From Eledone cirrhosa (Eukaryota): 64,000 nt of DNA. Positions within the stretch are counted from its first letter, which is position 1. Each line of letters opens with the position of its first letter. Shown here piece after piece: positions 12,301 through 24,369 of this stretch. The position numbers and the translations under genes are program-made. The stretch spans positions 82,150,001 through 82,214,000 of the forward strand of contig OZ024743.1 of NCBI GenBank assembly GCA_964016885.1. Direction: 5' to 3'. Under the pieces are notes generated by a model. The model saw only the letters and a list, made by a program, of their open reading frames with translations. It did no database searches and was not told where the DNA came from.

Positions 12301-13990
12301 GTTCTAGTGTTGTATTGGTCCTGGGTCAGGTCGGGTTACTGGAGTTCTAGTGTTGTAGTGGTCCTGGGTCAGGTTGGGTTACTGGAGTTCTAGTGTTGTA
12401 TTGGTCCTGGGTCAGGTCGGGTTACTGGAGTTCTAGTGTTGTCGTGGTCCTGGGTCAGGTTGGGTTACTGGAGTTATAGTGCTGTAGTGGTCCTGGGTCA
12501 GGTCGGGTTACTGGAGTTCTAGTGCTGTAGTGGTCCTGGGTCAAGTTAGGTTACTGGAGTTATAGTGCTGTAGTGGTCCTGGGTCAGGTTAGGTTACTGA
12601 AGTTATAGTGCTGTAGTGGTCCTGGGTCAGGTTAGGTTACTGGAGTTATAGTGCTGTAGTGGTCCTGGGTCAGGTTAGGTTACTGGAGTTATAGTGCTGT
12701 AGTGGTGCTTGCTCAGGTTAGGTTACTGGAGTTATAGTGCTGTAGTGGTGCTGGGTCAATGTTAGTTTACTGGAGTTCTAGTGCTGTAGTTGTCCTGGGT
12801 CAGGTTGGGTTACTGGAGTTACAGTGTTGTAGTGGTCCTGGGTCAGGTTGGGTTACTGGTGTTCTAGTGCTGTAGTGGTCCTGGGTCAGGTTGGGTTACT
12901 GGAGTTATAGTGTTGTAGTGGTTCTGGGTCAGGTCGGGTTACTGGTGTTCTAGTGCTGTAGTGGTCCTGGGTCAGGTTGGGTTACTGGAGTTATAGTGTT
13001 GTAGTGGTCCTAGGTCAGGTTGGGTTACTGGAGTTATAGTGCTGTAGTGGTCCTGGGTCAGGTCGGGTTACTGGAGTTCTAGTGCTGCAGTGGTCCTGGG
13101 TCAGGTTAGCTTACTAGAGTTCTAGTGCTGTAGTGGTCCTGGGTCAGGTTAGGTTACTGGAGTTATAGTGTTGTAGTGATCCTGTGTCAGGTCGGGTTAC
13201 AGGAGTTCTAGTGTTGTAGTGGTCCTGGGTCAGGTTGGGTTACTGGAGTTCTAGTGTTGTAGTGGTCCTGGGTGAGGTTGGGTTACTGGAGTTATAGTGT
13301 TGTAGTGGTCCTGGGTCAGGTTGGGTTACTGGAGTTATAGTGCTGTAGTGGTCCTGGGTCAGGTTCGGTTATTAGAGTTCTAGTGCTGTAGCGGTCCTGG
13401 GTCAGGTTGGGTTACTGTAGTTATAGTGTTGTAGTGGTCCTGGGTCAGGTTGGGTTACTGGAGTTATAGTGTTGTAGTGGTCCTGGGTAAGGTTGTGTTA
13501 CTGGAGTTCTAGTGTTGTAGTGGTCCTGGGTCAGGTTGGGTTACTGGACTTATAGAGTTGTAGTGGTCCTGGGTCAGGTTGGGTTACTGGAGTTATAGTG
13601 CTGTAGTGGTCCTGGGTCAGGTTAGGTTACTGGAGTTATAGTGTTGTAGTGGTCCTGGGTCAGGTCGGGTTACTGGAGTTCTAGTGCTGTAGTGGTCCTG
13701 GGTCAGGTTAGGTTACTAGAGTTCTAGTGCTGTAGTGGTCCTGGGTCAGGTTAGGTTACTGGAGTTCTAGTGTTGTAGTGGTCCTGGGTCAGGTTGGGTT
13801 ACTGGAGTTCTAGTGCTGTAGGGGTCCTGGGTCAGGTTGGGTTAGTGGAGTTCTAGTGTTGTAGTGGTCCTGGGTCAGGTTGGGTTACTGGGGTTCTAGT
13901 GTTGTAGCGGTCCTGGGTAAGGTTAGGTTACCGGTGTTCTAGAGCTATAGTGACCCTGGGTCAGGTTAGGTTACTGGAGTTCTAGTGTTG
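4500..13990 (+). repeat. Higher-order duplication: ~4500-9300 repeated at ~9480-13990 (offset 109-117 monomers)
   Basis: Marker pairs: 4598/9585, 5959/10989, 6581/11611, a shared 1-nt deletion at 7517/12289, 8337/13110 and 9246/13933. The offset drops from 5030 to 4772, meaning six monomers are missing from copy 2 near 12.27 kb. Confidence 0.9.
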
Positions 13991-15059
13991 TAGTGGTCCT
14001 GGGTAAGGTTGAGTTACTTGAGTTATAGTGCTGTATTGGTCCTGGGTCAGGTTGGGTTACTGGAGTTCTAGTGTTGTAGTGGTCCTGGGTCAGGTTAGGT
14101 TACTGGATTTCTAGTGTTGTAGTGGTCCTGGGTCAGGTTGGGTTACTGGAGTTCTAGTGTTGTAGTGGTCCTGGTTCAGGTTAGGTTACTGGAGTTATAT
14201 TGCTGTAGTGGTCCTGGGTCAGGTTAGGTTACTGGAGTTATAGTGCTTTAGTGGTCCTGGGTCAGGTCGGGTTACTGGAGTTCTAGTGTTGTAGTGGTCC
14301 TGGGTCAGGTTGGGTTACTAGAGTTATAGTGCTGTAGTGGTCCTGGGTCAGGTTGGGTTACTGGAGTTCTAGTATTGTAGTGGTCCTGAGTCAGGTTAGG
14401 TTACTGGAGTTATAGTGTTGTAGTGGTCCTGGGTCAGGTTAGGTTACTAGAGTTCTAGTGTTGCAGTGGTCCTGGGTCAGGTTAGGTTACTGGAGTTCTA
14501 GTGTTGTAGTGGCCCTGGGTCAGGTTAGGTTACTGGAGTTCTAGTGTTGTAGTGGTCCTGGGTAAGGTTGAGTTACTGGAGTTATAGTGCTGTAGTGGTC
14601 CTGGGTCAGGTTGGGTTACTGGAGTTCTAGTGTTGTAGTACTCCTGGGTCAGGTTAGGTCACTGGAGTTCTAGTGTTGTAGTGGTCCTGGGTCAGGTTGG
14701 GTTACTGGAGTTCTAGTGTTGTAGTGGTCCTGGGTCAGGTCGGGTTACTGGAGTTCTAGTGTTGTAGTGGTCCTGGGTCAGGTTGGGTTACTGGAGTTCT
14801 AGTGTTGTATTGGTCCTGGGTCAGGTCGGGTTACTGGAGATCTAGTGTTGTAGTGGTCCTGGGTCAGGTTGGGTTACTGTAGTTATAGTGCTGTAGTGGT
14901 CGTGGGTCAGGTTGGGTTACTGGAGTTCTAGTGTTGTAGTGGTCCTGGGTCAGGTCAGGTTACTGGAGTTCTAGTGTTGTAGTGGTCCTGGGTCAGGTTG
15001 GGTTACTGGAGTTATAGAACTGTAGTGGTCCTGGGTCAGGTTGGGTTACTGGAGTTCTA

Positions 15060-17830
15060 GTGTTGTAGTGGTCCTGGGTCAGGTCGGGTTACTGGAGTTC
15101 TAGAGTTGTAGTGGTCCTGGGTCAGGTTGGGTTACTGGAGTTCTAGTGTTGTAGTGGTCCTGGGTCAGGTTGGGTTACTGGAGTTCTAGTGTTGTAGTGG
15201 TCCTGGGTCAGGTTGTGTTACTGGAGTTATAGTGTTGTAGTGGTCCTGGGTCAGGTTGGGTTACTGGAGTTATAGTGCTGTAGTGGTCCTGGGTCAGGTT
15301 AGGTTACTGGAGTTATAGTGTTGTAGTGGTCATGGGTCAGGTCGGGTTACTGGAGTTCTAGTGCTGTAGTGGTCCTGGGTCAGGTTAGGTTACTAGAGTT
15401 CTAGAGCTGTAGTGGTCCTGGGTCAGGTTAGGTTACTGGAGTTCTAGTGTTGTAGTGGTCCTGGGTCAGGTTAGGTTACTGGAGTTCTAGTGCTGTAGTG
15501 GTCCTGGGTCAGGTTGGGTTACTGGAGTTCTAGTGTTGTAGTGGTCCTGGGTAAGGTTGAGTTAATGGAGTTATAGTGCTGTAGTGGTCCTGGGTCAGGT
15601 TGGGTTACTGGAGTTCTAGTGTTGTAGTAGTCCTGGGTCAGGGTAGGTCACTGGAGTTCTAGTGTTGTAGTGGTCCTGGGTCAGGTTGGGTTACTGGAGT
15701 TCTAGTGTTGTAGTGGTCCTGGGTCAGGTCGGGTTACTGGAGTTCTAGAGTTGTAGTGGTCCTGGGTCAGGTTGGGTTACTGGAGTTCTAGTGTTGTAGT
15801 GGTCCTGGGTCAGGTTGGGTTACTGGAGTTCTAGTGTTGTAGTGGTCCTGGGTCAGGTTGTGTTACTGGAGTTATAGTGTTGTAGTGGTCCTGGGTCAGG
15901 TCGGGTTACTGGAGTTCTAGTGCTGTAGTGGTCCTGGGTCAGGTTAGGTTACTAGAGTTCTAGAGCTGTAGTGGTCCTGGGTCAGGTTAGGTTACTGGAG
16001 TTCTAGTGTTGTAGTGGTCCTGGGTCAGGTTAGGTTACTGGAGTTCTAGTGCTGTAGTGGTCCTGGGTCAGGTTGGGTTACTGGAGTTCTAGTGTTGTAG
16101 TGGTCCTGGGTAAGGTTGAGTTAATGGAGTTATAGTGCTGTAGTGGTCCTGGGTCAGGTTGGGTTACTGGAGTTCTAGTGTTGTAGTAGTCCTGGGTCAG
16201 GGTAGGTCACTGGAGTTCTAGTGTTGTAGTGGTCCTGGGTCAGGTCGGGTTACTGGAGTTCTAGTGTTGTAGTGGTCCTGGGTCAGGTTGGGTTACTGGA
16301 GTTCTAGTGTTGTATTGGTCCTGGGTCAGGTCGGGTTACTGGAGTTCTAGTGTTGTAGTGGTCCTGGGTCAGGTTGGGTTACTGGAGTTCTAGTGTTGTA
16401 TTGGTCCTTGGTCAGGTCGGGTTACTGGAGATCTAGTGTTGTAGTGGTCCTGGGTAAGGTTGGGTTACTGGAGTTCTAGTGCTGTAGTGGTCGTGGGTCA
16501 GGTTGGGTTACTGGAGTTATAGTGCTGTAGTGGTCCTGGGTCAGGTTAGGTTACTGGAGTTCTAGTGTTGTAGTACTCCTGGGTCAGGTTAGGTCACTGG
16601 AGTTCTAGTGTTGTAGTGGTCCTGGGTCAGGTTAGGTTACTAGAGTTCTAGTGTTGTAGTGGTCCTGGGTCAGTTAGGTTACTGGAGTTCTAGTGTTGTA
16701 GTGGCCCTGGCTCAGGTTAGGTTACTGGTGTTCTAGAGCTATAGTGACCCTGGGTCAGGTTAGGTTACTGGAGTTCTAGTGTTGTAGTGGTCCTGGGTCA
16801 GGTCGGGTTACTGGAGTTCTAGTGCTGTAGTGGTCCTGGGTCAGGTTGGGTTACTGGAGTTCTAGTGTTGTAGTGGTCCTGGGTCAGGTCGGGTTACTGG
16901 AGTTCTAGTGCTGTAGTGGTCCTGGGTCAGGTTAGGTTACTAGAGTTCTAGTGCTGTAGTGGTTCTGGGTCAGGTTAGGTTACTGGAGTTCTAGTGTTGT
17001 AGTGGTCCTGGGTCAGGTTAGGTTACTGGAGTTCTAGTGCTGTAGTGGTCCTGGGTCAGGTTGGGTTACTGGAGTTCTAGTGTTGTAGTGGTCCTGGGTC
17101 AGTTGGGTTACGGGAGTTCTAGTGCTGTAGCGGTCCTGGGTCAGGTTGGGTTAGTGGAGTTCTAGTGTTGTAGTGGTCCTGGGTAAGATTGAGTTAATGG
17201 AGTTATAGTGCTGTAGTGGTCCTGGGTCAGGTTGGGTTACTGGAGTTCTAGTGTTGTAGTAGTCCTGGGTCAGGGTAGGTCACTGGAGTTCTAGTGTTGT
17301 AGTGGTCCTGGGTCAGGTTGGGTTACTGGAGTTCTAGTGTTGTAGTGGTCCTGGGTCAGGTCGGGTTACTGGAGTTCTAGTGTTGTAGTGGTCCTGGGTC
17401 AGGTTGGGTTACTGGAGTTCTAGTGTTGTATTGGTCCTGGGTCAGGTCGGGTTACTGGAGTTCTAGTGTTGTAGTGGTCCTGGGTCAGGTTGGGTTACTG
17501 GAGTTCTAGTGTTGTATTGGTCCTGGGTCAGGTCGGGTTACTGGAGATCTAGTGCTGTAGTGGTCGTGGGTCAGGTTGGGTTACTGGAGTTATAGTGCTG
17601 TAGTGGTCCTGGGTCAGGTTAGGTTACTGGAGTTCTAGTGTTGTAGTACTCCTGGGTCAGGTTAGGTCACTGGAGTTCTAGTGTTGTAGTGGTCCTGGGT
17701 CAGGTGAGGTTACTAGAGTTTTAGTGTTGTAGTGGTCCTGGGTCAGTTAGGTTACTGGAGTTCTAGTGTTGTAGTGGCCCTGGCTCAGGTTAGGTTACTG
17801 GTGTTCTAGAGCTATAGTGACCCTGGGTCA
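15060..17830 (+). repeat. Nested short duplications (13-monomer and 25-monomer offsets)
   Basis: The TTGAGTTAATGG marker is at 15562, 16121 (+559 = 13 units) and 17194 (+1073 = 25 units - 2). A shared 1-nt deletion GTCAGTTAGG is at ~16673 and ~17746 (+1073). Confidence 0.82.
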
Positions 17831-17869
17831 GGTCGGGTTACTGGAGTTCTAGTGTTGTAGTGGTCCTGG

Positions 17870-20800
17870 GTAAGGTTGGGTTACTGGAGTTCTAGTGTTG
17901 TAGTGGTCCTGGGTCAGGTTGGGTTACTGGAGTTATAGTGTTTTAGAGGTCCTGGGTCAGGTTGGGTTACTGGAGTTATAGTTCTGTAGTGGTCCTGGGT
18001 CAGGTTGGGTTACTGGAGTTATAGTACTGTAGTGGTCCTGGGTTAGGTTGGGTTACTGGAGTTCTAGTGTTGTAGTGGTCCTGGGTCAGGTCGGGTTACT
18101 GGAGTTCTAGTGTTGTAGTGGTCCTGGGTCAGGTTGGGTTACTGGAGTTCTAGTGTTGTAGTGGTCCTGGGTCAAGTTGGGTTACTGGAGTTCTAGTGTT
18201 GTAGTGGTCCTGGGTCAGGTTGGGTTACTGGAGTTATAGTGTTGTAGTGGTCCTGTGACAGGTCGGGTTACTGGAGTTCTAGTGCTGTAGTGGTCCTGGG
18301 TCAGGTTAGGTTACTAGAGTTCTAGTGCTGTAGTGGTCCTGGGTCAGGTTAGGTTACTGGAGTTCTAGTGCTGTAGTGGTCCTGGGTCAGGTTGGGTTAC
18401 TGGAGTTCTAGTGCTGTAGTGGTCCTGGGTCAGGTTGGGTTACTGGAGTTCTAGTGCTGTAGCGATCCTGGGTCAGGTTGGGTTAGTGGAGTTCTAGTGT
18501 TGTAGTGGTCCTGGGTCAGGTTGGGTTACTGGGGTTCTAGTGTTGTAGTGGTCCTGGGTCGGGTTGGGTTACTGGAGTTCTAGTGTTATAGTAGTCCTGG
18601 GTCAGGTTGGGTTACTGGAGTTCTAGTGTTGTAGTGGCCCTGGGTCAGGTTAGGTTACCGGTGTTCTAGAGCTATAGTGACCCTGGGTCAGGTTAGGTTA
18701 CTGGAGTTCTAGTGTTGTAGAGGTCCTGGGTAAAGTTGAGTTACTGGAGTTCTAGTGTTGTAGTGGTCCTGGTTCAGGTTAGGTTACTGGAGTTATATTG
18801 CTGTAGTGGTCCTGGGTCAGGTTAGGTTACTGGAGTTATAGTGCTGTAGTGGTCCTGGGTCAGGTCGGGTTACTCGAGTTCTAGTGTTGTAGTGGTCCTG
18901 GGTCAGGTTGGGTTACTAGAGTTATAGTGCTGTAGTGGTCCTGGGTCATGTTAGGTTACTGGAGTTCTAGTGTTGTAGTGGTCCTGGGTCAGGTTAGGTT
19001 ACTGGAGTTATAGTGTTGTAGTGGTCCTGGGTCAGGTTAGGTTACTAGAGTTCTAGTGTTGTAGTGGTCCTGGGTCAGGTTAGGTTACTGGAGTTCTAGT
19101 GTTGTAGTGACCATGGGTCAGGTTAGATTACTGGAGTTCTAGTGTTGTAGTGGTCCTGGGTCAGGTTGGGTTACTGGAGTTCTAGTGTTGTAGTGGTCCT
19201 GGGTCAGGTCGGGTTACTGGAGTTCTAGTGCTGTAGTGGTCCTGGGTCAGGTTAGGTTACTGGAGTTATAGTGTTGTAGTGGTCCTGGGTCAGGTCGGGT
19301 TACTGGAGTTCTAGTGCTGTAGTGGTCCTGGGTCAGGTTAGGTTACTGGAGTTATAGTGCTGTAGTGGCCCTGGCACAGGTTAGGTTACTGGAGATCTAG
19401 TGTTGTAGTGGTCCTGGGTCAGGTTAGGTTACTGGAGTTCTAGTGCTGTAGTGGTCCTGGGTCAGGTTGGGTTACTGGAGTTATAGTGTTGTAGTGGTCC
19501 TGGGTCAGGTTAGGTTACTGGAGTTCTAGTGCTGTAGTGGTCCTGGGTCAGGTTAGTTTAGTAGAGTTCTAGTTCTGTAGTGGTCCTGGGTCAGGTTGGG
19601 TTACTGGAGTTATAGTGTTGTAGTGGTCCTGGGTCAGGTTGGGTTACTGGAGTTCTAGTGTTGTAGTGGTCCTGGGTCAGGTTGGGTTACTGGAGTTATA
19701 GTGTTGTAGTGGTCCTGGGTCAGGTTAGGTTACTGGAGTTATAGTGTTGTAGTGGTCCTGGGTCAGGACGGGTTACTGGAGTTCTGGTGCTGTAGTGGTC
19801 CTGGGTCAGGTTAGGTTACTGGAGTTCTAGTGTTGTAGTGGTCCTGGGTCAGGTCGGGTTACTGGAGTTCTAGTGTTGTAGTGGTCCTGGGTCAGGTTGG
19901 GTTACTGGAGTTCTAGTGTTGTAGTGGTCCTGGGTCAGGTTGGGTTACTGGAGTTATAGTGCTGTAGTGGTCCTGGGTCAGGTTGGGTTACTGGATTTAT
20001 AGTGCTGTAGTGGTCCTGGGTCAGGACGTTTTACTGGAGTTCTAGTGCTGTAGTGGTCCTGGGTCATGTTAGGTTACTGGAGTTCTAGTGTTGTAGTGGT
20101 CCTGGTTCAGGTCGGGTTACTGGAGTTCTAGTGTTGTAGTGGTCCTGGGTCAGGTTGGGTTACTGGAGTTCGAGTGTTGTAGTGGTCCTGGGTCAGGTTC
20201 AGTTACTGGAGTTATAGTGTTGTAGTGGTCCTGGGTCAGGTTAGGTTATTAGAGTTCTAGTGCTGTAGTGGTCCTGGGTCAGGTTGGGTTACTGGAGTTA
20301 TAGTGTTGTAGTGGTCCTGGGACATGTTGGGTTACTGGAGTAATAGTGTTGTAGTGGTCCTGGGTCAGGTTGGGTTACTGGAGTTCTAGTGTTGTAGTGG
20401 TCCTGGGTCAGGTTGGGTTACTGGAGTTCTAGTGTTGTAGTGGTCCTGGGTCAGGTTGGGTTACTGGAGTTATAGTGCTCTAGTGGTCCTGGGTCAGGTT
20501 GGGTTACTGGAGTTCTAGTGTTGTAGTGGTCCTGGGTCAGGTTAGGTTACTAGAGTTCTAGTGCTGTAGTGGTCCTGGGTCAGGTTAGGTTACTGGAGTT
20601 CTAGTGTTGTAGTGGTCCTGGGTCAGGTTGGGTTACTGGTGTTCTAGTGCTGTAGTGGTCCTGGGTCAGGTTGGGTTACTGGAGTTCTAGTGCTGTAGTG
20701 GTCCTGGGTCAGGTTGGGTTACTGGAGTTCTAGTGTTGTAGTGGTCCTGGGCCAGGTTAGGTTACTGGAGTTATAGTGCTGTAGTGGTCCTGGGTCAGGT

Positions 20801-23450
20801 TAGGTTACTGGAGTTATAGTGCTGTAGTGGTCCTGGGTCAGGTTGGATTACTGGAGTTCTAGTGCTGTAGTGGTCCTGGGTCAGGTTGGGTTACTGGAGT
20901 TCTAGTGCTGTAGTGGTCCTGGTTCAGGTTGGGTTACTGGAGTTCTAGTGCTGTAGTGGTCCTGGGTCAGGTTGGGTTACTGGAGTTATAGTGCTGTAGT
21001 GGTCCTGGGTCAGGTTGGGTTACTGGAGTTATAGTGTTGTAGTGGTACTGGGTCAGGTTGGATTACTGGAGTTATAGTGCTGTAGTGGTCCTGGCTCAGG
21101 TTAGGTTACTGGAGTTATAGTGCTGTAGTGGTCCTGGGTCAGGTTGGGTTGCTGGAGTTATAGTGCTGTAGTGGTCCTGGGTCAGGTTAGGTTACTGGAG
21201 TTATATTGCTGTAGTTGTCCTGGGTCAGGTTGGGTTACTGGAGTTATAGTGCTGTAGTGGTCCTGGGTCAGGTTAGGTTACTGGAGTTATAGTGCTGTAG
21301 TGGTCCTGGGTCAGGTTAGGTTACTGGAGTTATAGTGCTGTAGTGGTCCTGGGTCAGGTCGGGTTACTGGAGTTCTAGTGTTGTAGTGATCCTGGTTCAG
21401 TTTGGGTTACTAGAGTTCTAGTGCTGTAGTGGTCCTGGGTCAGGTCGGGTTACTGGAGTTCTAGTGTTGTAGTGATCCTGGTTCAGTTTGGGTTACTAGA
21501 GTTCTAGTGCTGTAGTGGTCCTGGGTCAGGTTAGGTTACAGGAGTTATAGTGCTGTAGTGGTCCTGGGTCAGGTTATGTTACTGGAGTTATAGTGCTATA
21601 GTGGTCCTGGGTCAGGTTAGGTTACTGAAGTTATAGTGCTGTAGTGGTCCTGGGTCAGGTTAGGTTACTGGAGTTATAGTGCTGTAGTGGTCCTGGGTCA
21701 GGTTAGGTTACTGGAGTTATAGTGCTGTAGTGGTGCTTGCTCAGGTTAGGTTACTGGAGTTATAGTGCTGTAGTGGTCGTGGGTCAGGTTACGTTACTGG
21801 AGTTCTACTGCTGTAGTGGCCCTGGGTCAGGTTGGGTTACTGGAGTTATAGTGTTGTAGTGGTCCTGAGTAAGGTTGAGTTACTGGAGTTATAGTGCTGT
21901 AGTGGTCCTGGGTCAGGTTGGGTTACTGGAGTTCTAGTGTTGTAGTAGTCCTGGGTCAGGTTAGGTCACTGGATTTCTAGTGTTGTAGTGGTCCTGGGTC
22001 AGGTTGGGTTACTGGAGTTCTAGTGTTGTAGTGGTCCTGGGTCAGGTCGGGTTACTGGAGTTCTAGTGTTGTAGTGGTCCTGGGTCAGGTTGGGTTACTG
22101 GAGTTCTAGTGTTGTATTGGTCCTGGGTCAGGTCGGGTTACTGGAGTTCTAGTGTTGTAGTGGTCCTGGGTCAGGTTGGGTTACTGGAGTTCTAGTGTTG
22201 TATTGGTCCTGGGTCAGGTCGGGTTACTGGAGTTCTAGTGTTGTAGTGGTCCTGGGTAAGGTTGGGTTACTGGAGTTCTAGTGTTGTAGTGGTCCTGGGT
22301 CAGGTTGGGTTACTGGAGTTATAGTGTTGTAGAGGTCCTGGGTCAGGTTGGGTTACTGGAGTTATAGTGCTGTAGTGGTCCTGGGTCAGGTTGGGTTACT
22401 GGAGTTATAGTACTGTAGTGGTCCTGGGTCAGGTTGGGTTACTGGAGTTCTAGTGTTGTAGTGGTCCTGGGTCAGGTCGGGTTACTGGAGTTCTAGTGTT
22501 GTAGTGGTCCTGGGTCAGGTTGGGTTACTGGAGTTATAGTGTTGTAGTGGTCCTGGGACAGGTCGGGTTACTGGAGTTCTAGTGCTGTAGTGGTCCTGGA
22601 TCAGGTTAGGTTACTAGAGTTCTAGTGCTGTAGAGGTCCTGGGTCAGGTTAGGTTACTGGAGTTCTAGTGCTGTAGTGGTCCTGGGTCAGGTTGGGTTAC
22701 TGGAGTTCTAGTGTTGTAGTGGTCCTGGGTCAGGTTGGGTTACTGGAGTTCTAGTGCTGTAGCGGTCCTGGGTCAGGTTGGGTTAGTGGAGTTCTAGTGT
22801 TGTAGTGGTCCTGGGTCAGGTTGGGTTACTGGGGTTCTAGTGTTGTAGTGGTCCTGGGTCGGGTTGGGTTACTGGAGTTCTAGTGTTATAGTAGTCCTGG
22901 GTCAGGTTGGGTTACTGGAGTTCTAGTGTTGTAGTGGCCCTGGGTCAGGTTAGGTTACCGGTGTTCTAGAGCTATAGTGACCCTGGGTCAGGTTAGGTTA
23001 CTGGAGTTCTAGTGTTGTAGTGGTCCTGGGTCATGTTGGGTTACTGGAGTTCTAGTGTTGTAGTGGTCCTGGTTCAGGTTAGGTTACTGGAGTTATATTG
23101 CTCTAGTGGTCCTGGGTCAGTTTAGGTTACTGGAGTTATAGTGCTGTAGTGGTCCTGGGTCAGGTCGGGTTACTGGAGTTCTAGTGTTGTAGTGGTCCTG
23201 GGTCAGGTTGGGTTACTAGAGTTATAGTGCTGTAGTGGTCCTGGGTCAGGTTAGGTTACTGGAGTTCTAGTGTTGTAGTGGTCCTGGGTCAGGTTAGGTT
23301 ACTGGAGTTATAGTGTTGTAGTGGTCCTGGGTCAGGTTAGGTTACTAGAGTTCTAGTGTTGTAGTGGTCCTGGGTCAGGTTAGGTTACTGGAGTTCTAGT
23401 GTTGTAGTGACCCTGGGTCAGGTTAGGTTACTGGAGTTCTAGTGTTGTAG
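17870..23450 (+). repeat. Dispersed duplication: ~17.9-19.2 kb block repeated at ~22.25-23.45 kb (offset about 100 monomers)
   Basis: GGTCGGGTTGGG...TGTTATAGTAGTCC at 18561/22861, CCGGTGTTCTAGAGCTATAGTGACCC at ~18660/22960, and GTAGTGACC at ~19108/23408. Each offset is 4300 = 100x43. Confidence 0.82.
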
Positions 23451-24369
23451 TGGTCCTGGGTAAGGTTGAGTTACTGGAGTTCTAGTGCTGTAGTGGTCCT
23501 GGGTCAGGTTGGGTTACTGGAGTTCTAGTGTTGTAGTAGTCCTGGGTCAGGTTAGGTCACTGGAGTTCTAGTGTTGTAGTGGTCCTGGGTCAGGTTGGGT
23601 TACTGGAGTTCTAGTGTTGTAGTGGTCCTGGGTCAGGTCGGGTTACTGGAGTTCTAGTGTTGTAGTGGTCCTGTGTCAGGTTGGGTTACTGGAGTTCTAG
23701 TGTTGTATTGGTCCTGGGTCAGGTCGGGTTACTGGAGTTCTAGTGTTGTAGTGGTCCTGGGTCAGGTTGGGTTACTGGAGTTCTAGTGTTGTATTGGTTG
23801 TGGGTCAGGTCGGGTTACTGGAGTTATAGTGTTGTAGTGGTCCTGGGTCAGGTTGGGTTACTGGAGTTATAGTGCTGTAGTGGTCCTGGGTCAGGTTGGG
23901 TTACTGGAGTTCTAGTGTTGTAGTGGTCCTGGGTCAGGTCAGGTTACTGGAGTTCTAGTGTTGTAGTGGTCCTGGGTCAGGTTGGGTTACTGGAGTTACA
24001 GTACTGTAGTGGTCCTGGGTCAGGTTGGGTTACTGGAGTTCTAGTGTTGTAGTGGTCCTGGGTCAGGTCAGGTTACTGGAGTTCTAGTGTTGTAGTGGTC
24101 CTGGGTCAGGTTGGGTTACTGGAGTTATAGTGCTGTAGTGGTCCTGGGTCAGGTTGGGTTACTGGAGTTCTAGTGTTGTAGTGGTCCTGGGTCAGGTCGG
24201 GTTACTGGAGTTCTAGTGTTGTAGTGGTCCTTGGTCAGGTTGGGTTACTGGAGTTCTAGTGTTGTAGTGGTCCTGGGTCAGGTTGGGTTACTGGAGTTCT
24301 AGTGTTGTAGTGGTCCTGGGTCAGGTTGGGTTACTGGAGTTCTAGTGTTGTATTGGTCCTGGGTCAGGT

